Source of the DNA: Bacillota bacterium
GTDB lineage: Bacteria; Bacillota; Clostridia; Oscillospirales; SIG627
Assembly: GCA_029006345.1 (NCBI GenBank)
Contig: JAQXGK010000075.1
Coordinates: 1 to 61,640 of the forward strand
DNA: 61,640 nt
Direction: 5' to 3'
Shown: in pieces, positions 59,920-61,640 of the stretch
Layout: each line of letters begins with the position of its first letter
Position numbering within the stretch: the first letter of the stretch is position 1
The notes under the pieces: model-generated
Databases searched by the model: none
The model's input: the letters and a program-made list of their open reading frames with translations, nothing else
Told to the model about the DNA's origin: nothing
Made by a program: the position numbers and the translations under genes

Positions 59920-60159
59920 TCATCCTTGTTGTCGGGAACCGGCAACCTCTATCCCGTGCGCGTCCTCAAGCCGCAATGTCAGCCTGTATCCCCGTACCGT
60001 TATCTCCATCGGATTTCCGAGCGGTGCGAAACCGCTGACCGTAACCGCTGTTCCCGGAATCAGCCCCATGTCGAACAGTCTGCGTCTCAGCTCTGCTTCG
60101 CCGCCGACAGATATTATCCACACTTTTTCACCGGCCTTTATATCACTTAATCTCATCAT
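59920..60159 (-). CDS. feoA: ferrous iron transport protein FeoA
   Basis: 79 aa SH3-like FeoA (RRLFDMGLIPGTAVTV). Confidence 0.8.
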   Translation of the reverse strand: MMRLSDIKAGEKVWIISVGGEAELRRRLFDMGLIPGTAVTVSGFAPLGNPMEITVRGYRLTLRLEDAHGIEVAGSRQQG

Positions 60160-60277
60160 GTTTCACCCTTTCAAATAATTATATTCCCCTACCGTTCATG
60201 TCATTCTGAAACCCGTCTCTTTTTCTCGGTTTGCATTTTCGAAACCGCGGCGTGTTCCCGTTATCCGGCGGCAAGCA

Positions 60278-60314
60278 ATAATAAAGACCCGGCAAATCAA
60301 TGACCGCCGGGTCT
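60278..60314 (-). terminator. Rho-independent terminator after the MATE gene
   Basis: Minus strand has AGACCCGGC-loop-GCCGGGTCT followed by TTATTATT. Confidence 0.6.
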
Positions 60315-60334
60315 GATTATCTATTCTGAATTAT

Positions 60335-61640
60335 TTATACGACCTTTTTCTTTTTCCATCCGCCCTGTATGAATCTGATTATGTAAGAGATGCTTCTGCC
60401 TACCCAGTCTATCTCCATCGCGATCCATATACCCATAATTCCCAGCGGAACTATTGCCGTCAGCACATATGAAAAGCCTACCCGCAGTATAAACATCGAC
60501 AGAATAGATACTATCATGGTAAAGCGCGCGTCGCCCGCCGCCCGCATTGCATAAGGAATCGAAAATGAGGGCACCCAAAATACTACGGTGGCAACAGTGT
60601 ATTGCCTTAAAACGGGTATAGATATAGCTATCGCCTCTGCGCTGATATCGAACAGTTGCGTCAGCGGAGCGGCAAGAATAAATACCGCCGCGTTAAACAC
60701 CGCCATCATAGCATATGTCATGCCGGACATCTTCTTGGTATAGTACACAGCCTCGTCATACTCGTCGGCGCCTACGCACTTGCCGACCACGGAGGTCATG
60801 GCAAAGCAAACCGCATTCCCGGGAACGTTTGTAATATTCGCAATAATATTGCAGATTGAATTTGCAGTTATAGCGGGCGTGCCCAGCGTTGATATCATAG
60901 ATTGCACTATCAGCTTTCCCCCCTGAAACATACCTCCCTCGAGGCCGTTCGGAATGCCGATAGACAGTATACGCTTTATCATCGCACCGTTGAACCGCAC
61001 TTTTAACAGGCCGTTGACCGTGACAGGCTGGTCGGGTCTTTTGATGTACAGCATCATAATAACCGCAGACAGGATTCTGGATATTAATGTAGACAGAGCC
61101 GCGCCGAGTACCCCCATGTCAAAGCCGTATATAAGCAAGGCGTTGCCGGCAATATTAAACAGATTTGAAATAATGGAAACCGCCATTGAAATACGGCTGT
61201 TTCCCGTCGCCCTGAAAATTGCGGCGCCGGAATTGTAAATTGCGAGAAACGGAAAGGATATCGCTGTCACATAGAAATATACGCGGCAGTTTGTCATAAC
61301 GCTCTGTTCTATTGAACCGAAGATAAGCGACAAAAGGGGACGGTTAGCGGCAAGCGAAATCACCGAAAAACCGGCAGATATGAGTGATGACATCCAGATA
61401 AGTTGCTTTGCGGCCTCCTCCGCGCTTTCGTTGTCGCGCTTGCCGAGATACTGCGCAACTACCACCGCCCCTCCGGTAGCAAGTGCGGAAAAAAGCTGTA
61501 TTATCAATACATTTATCGAGTCGACGAGCGAAATGCCCGAAACCGCCTCGTCTCCGGCGCTCGACACCATAAATGTATCAGCCATGCCCATAAATACCAT
61601 CAGAAGCTGTTCAATGATAATAGGCCATATTATCGCCGCG
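60335..61640 (-). CDS. MATE family efflux transporter (5' end runs off the window)
   Basis: Polytopic ORF. The reading frame stays open upstream of the track Met to the window edge (..AAIIWPIIIEQLLMVFMGMADTFMVS..), which is typical of the first TM helices of MATE proteins. Confidence 0.8.
   Translation of the reverse strand, partial: AAIIWPIIIEQLLMVFMGMADTFMVSSAGDEAVSGISLVDSINVLIIQLFSALATGGAVVVAQYLGKRDNESAEEAAKQLIWMSSLISAGFSVISLAANRPLLSLIFGSIEQSVMTNCRVYFYVTAISFPFLAIYNSGAAIFRATGNSRISMAVSIISNLFNIAGNALLIYGFDMGVLGAALSTLISRILSAVIMMLYIKRPDQPVTVNGLLKVRFNGAMIKRILSIGIPNGLEGGMFQGGKLIVQSMISTLGTPAITANSICNIIANITNVPGNAVCFAMTSVVGKCVGADEYDEAVYYTKKMSGMTYAMMAVFNAAVFILAAPLTQLFDISAEAIAISIPVLRQYTVATVVFWVPSFSIPYAMRAAGDARFTMIVSILSMFILRVGFSYVLTAIVPLGIMGIWIAMEIDWVGRSISYIIRFIQGGWKKKKVV

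Noticed and set aside
1-61640. A scan for CRISPR arrays, tRNA and rRNA genes, IS elements and transposase ORFs, toxin-antitoxin pairs or known defence genes.
   Set aside because: No spaced direct-repeat arrays were seen. No intergenic region is long enough or cloverleaf-like. No transposase, recombinase or defence-like ORFs were recognised. This was a visual inspection only, and tRNAscan or Infernal would be more reliable.

Overview
This 61.6-kb window looks like chromosomal DNA from a sporulating, fairly GC-rich Firmicute, probably a Clostridia-type organism. The markers for that are YunB, CotH, PduL, a GGGtGRT protein, a single-chain large PurL and a PurO-type IMP cyclohydrolase. All calls come from reading the ORF translations and the DNA by eye and from remembered family motifs. 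No database search was run.

Gene content, left to right:
- (-) strand: a pduL / NifU-like / GGGtGRT operon, a Gfo/Idh/MocA oxidoreductase, a membrane-anchored CotH kinase and an orphan solute-binding lipoprotein.
- (+) strand: an orphan ACP plus a PflX-like radical-SAM pair, then trmL and vanZ.
- (-) strand: ybaK, a capA-like gene and yunB.
- (+) strand: a long terminator-free run of secA, two paralogous membrane proteins, asnB, fabG, fabF, accD, accA, acpP and fabD.
- (+) strand: a complete pyrimidine operon (pyrC-carAB-pyrKD-pyrF-pyrE-pyrB). Its PyrB carries a fused PyrI zinc domain.
- (+) strand: an 11-gene purine operon plus fhs (purE-C-F-M-N-purO-purB-purH-purD-purL-fhs), preceded by what reads as a ZTP (pfl-motif) riboswitch.
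- (+) strand: a zinc-type dehydrogenase. (-) strand: feoAB and a MATE exporter cut off by the window end.

The only accessory-looking segment lies at about 49.2-56.4 kb on the (-) strand. It is an intact, tightly coupled 7-gene phage head and short-tail morphogenesis operon: portal, scaffold-like protein, small HK97/P22-coat-like capsid protein, three unknowns and a Gly-rich fibre-like protein. It has its own promoter. It has no terminase, integrase, replication, protease, tape-measure or lysis genes, and housekeeping genes flank it directly on both sides. This is the best candidate for something unusual, such as a domesticated or helper-dependent particle module.

I saw no rRNA, tRNA or CRISPR array.
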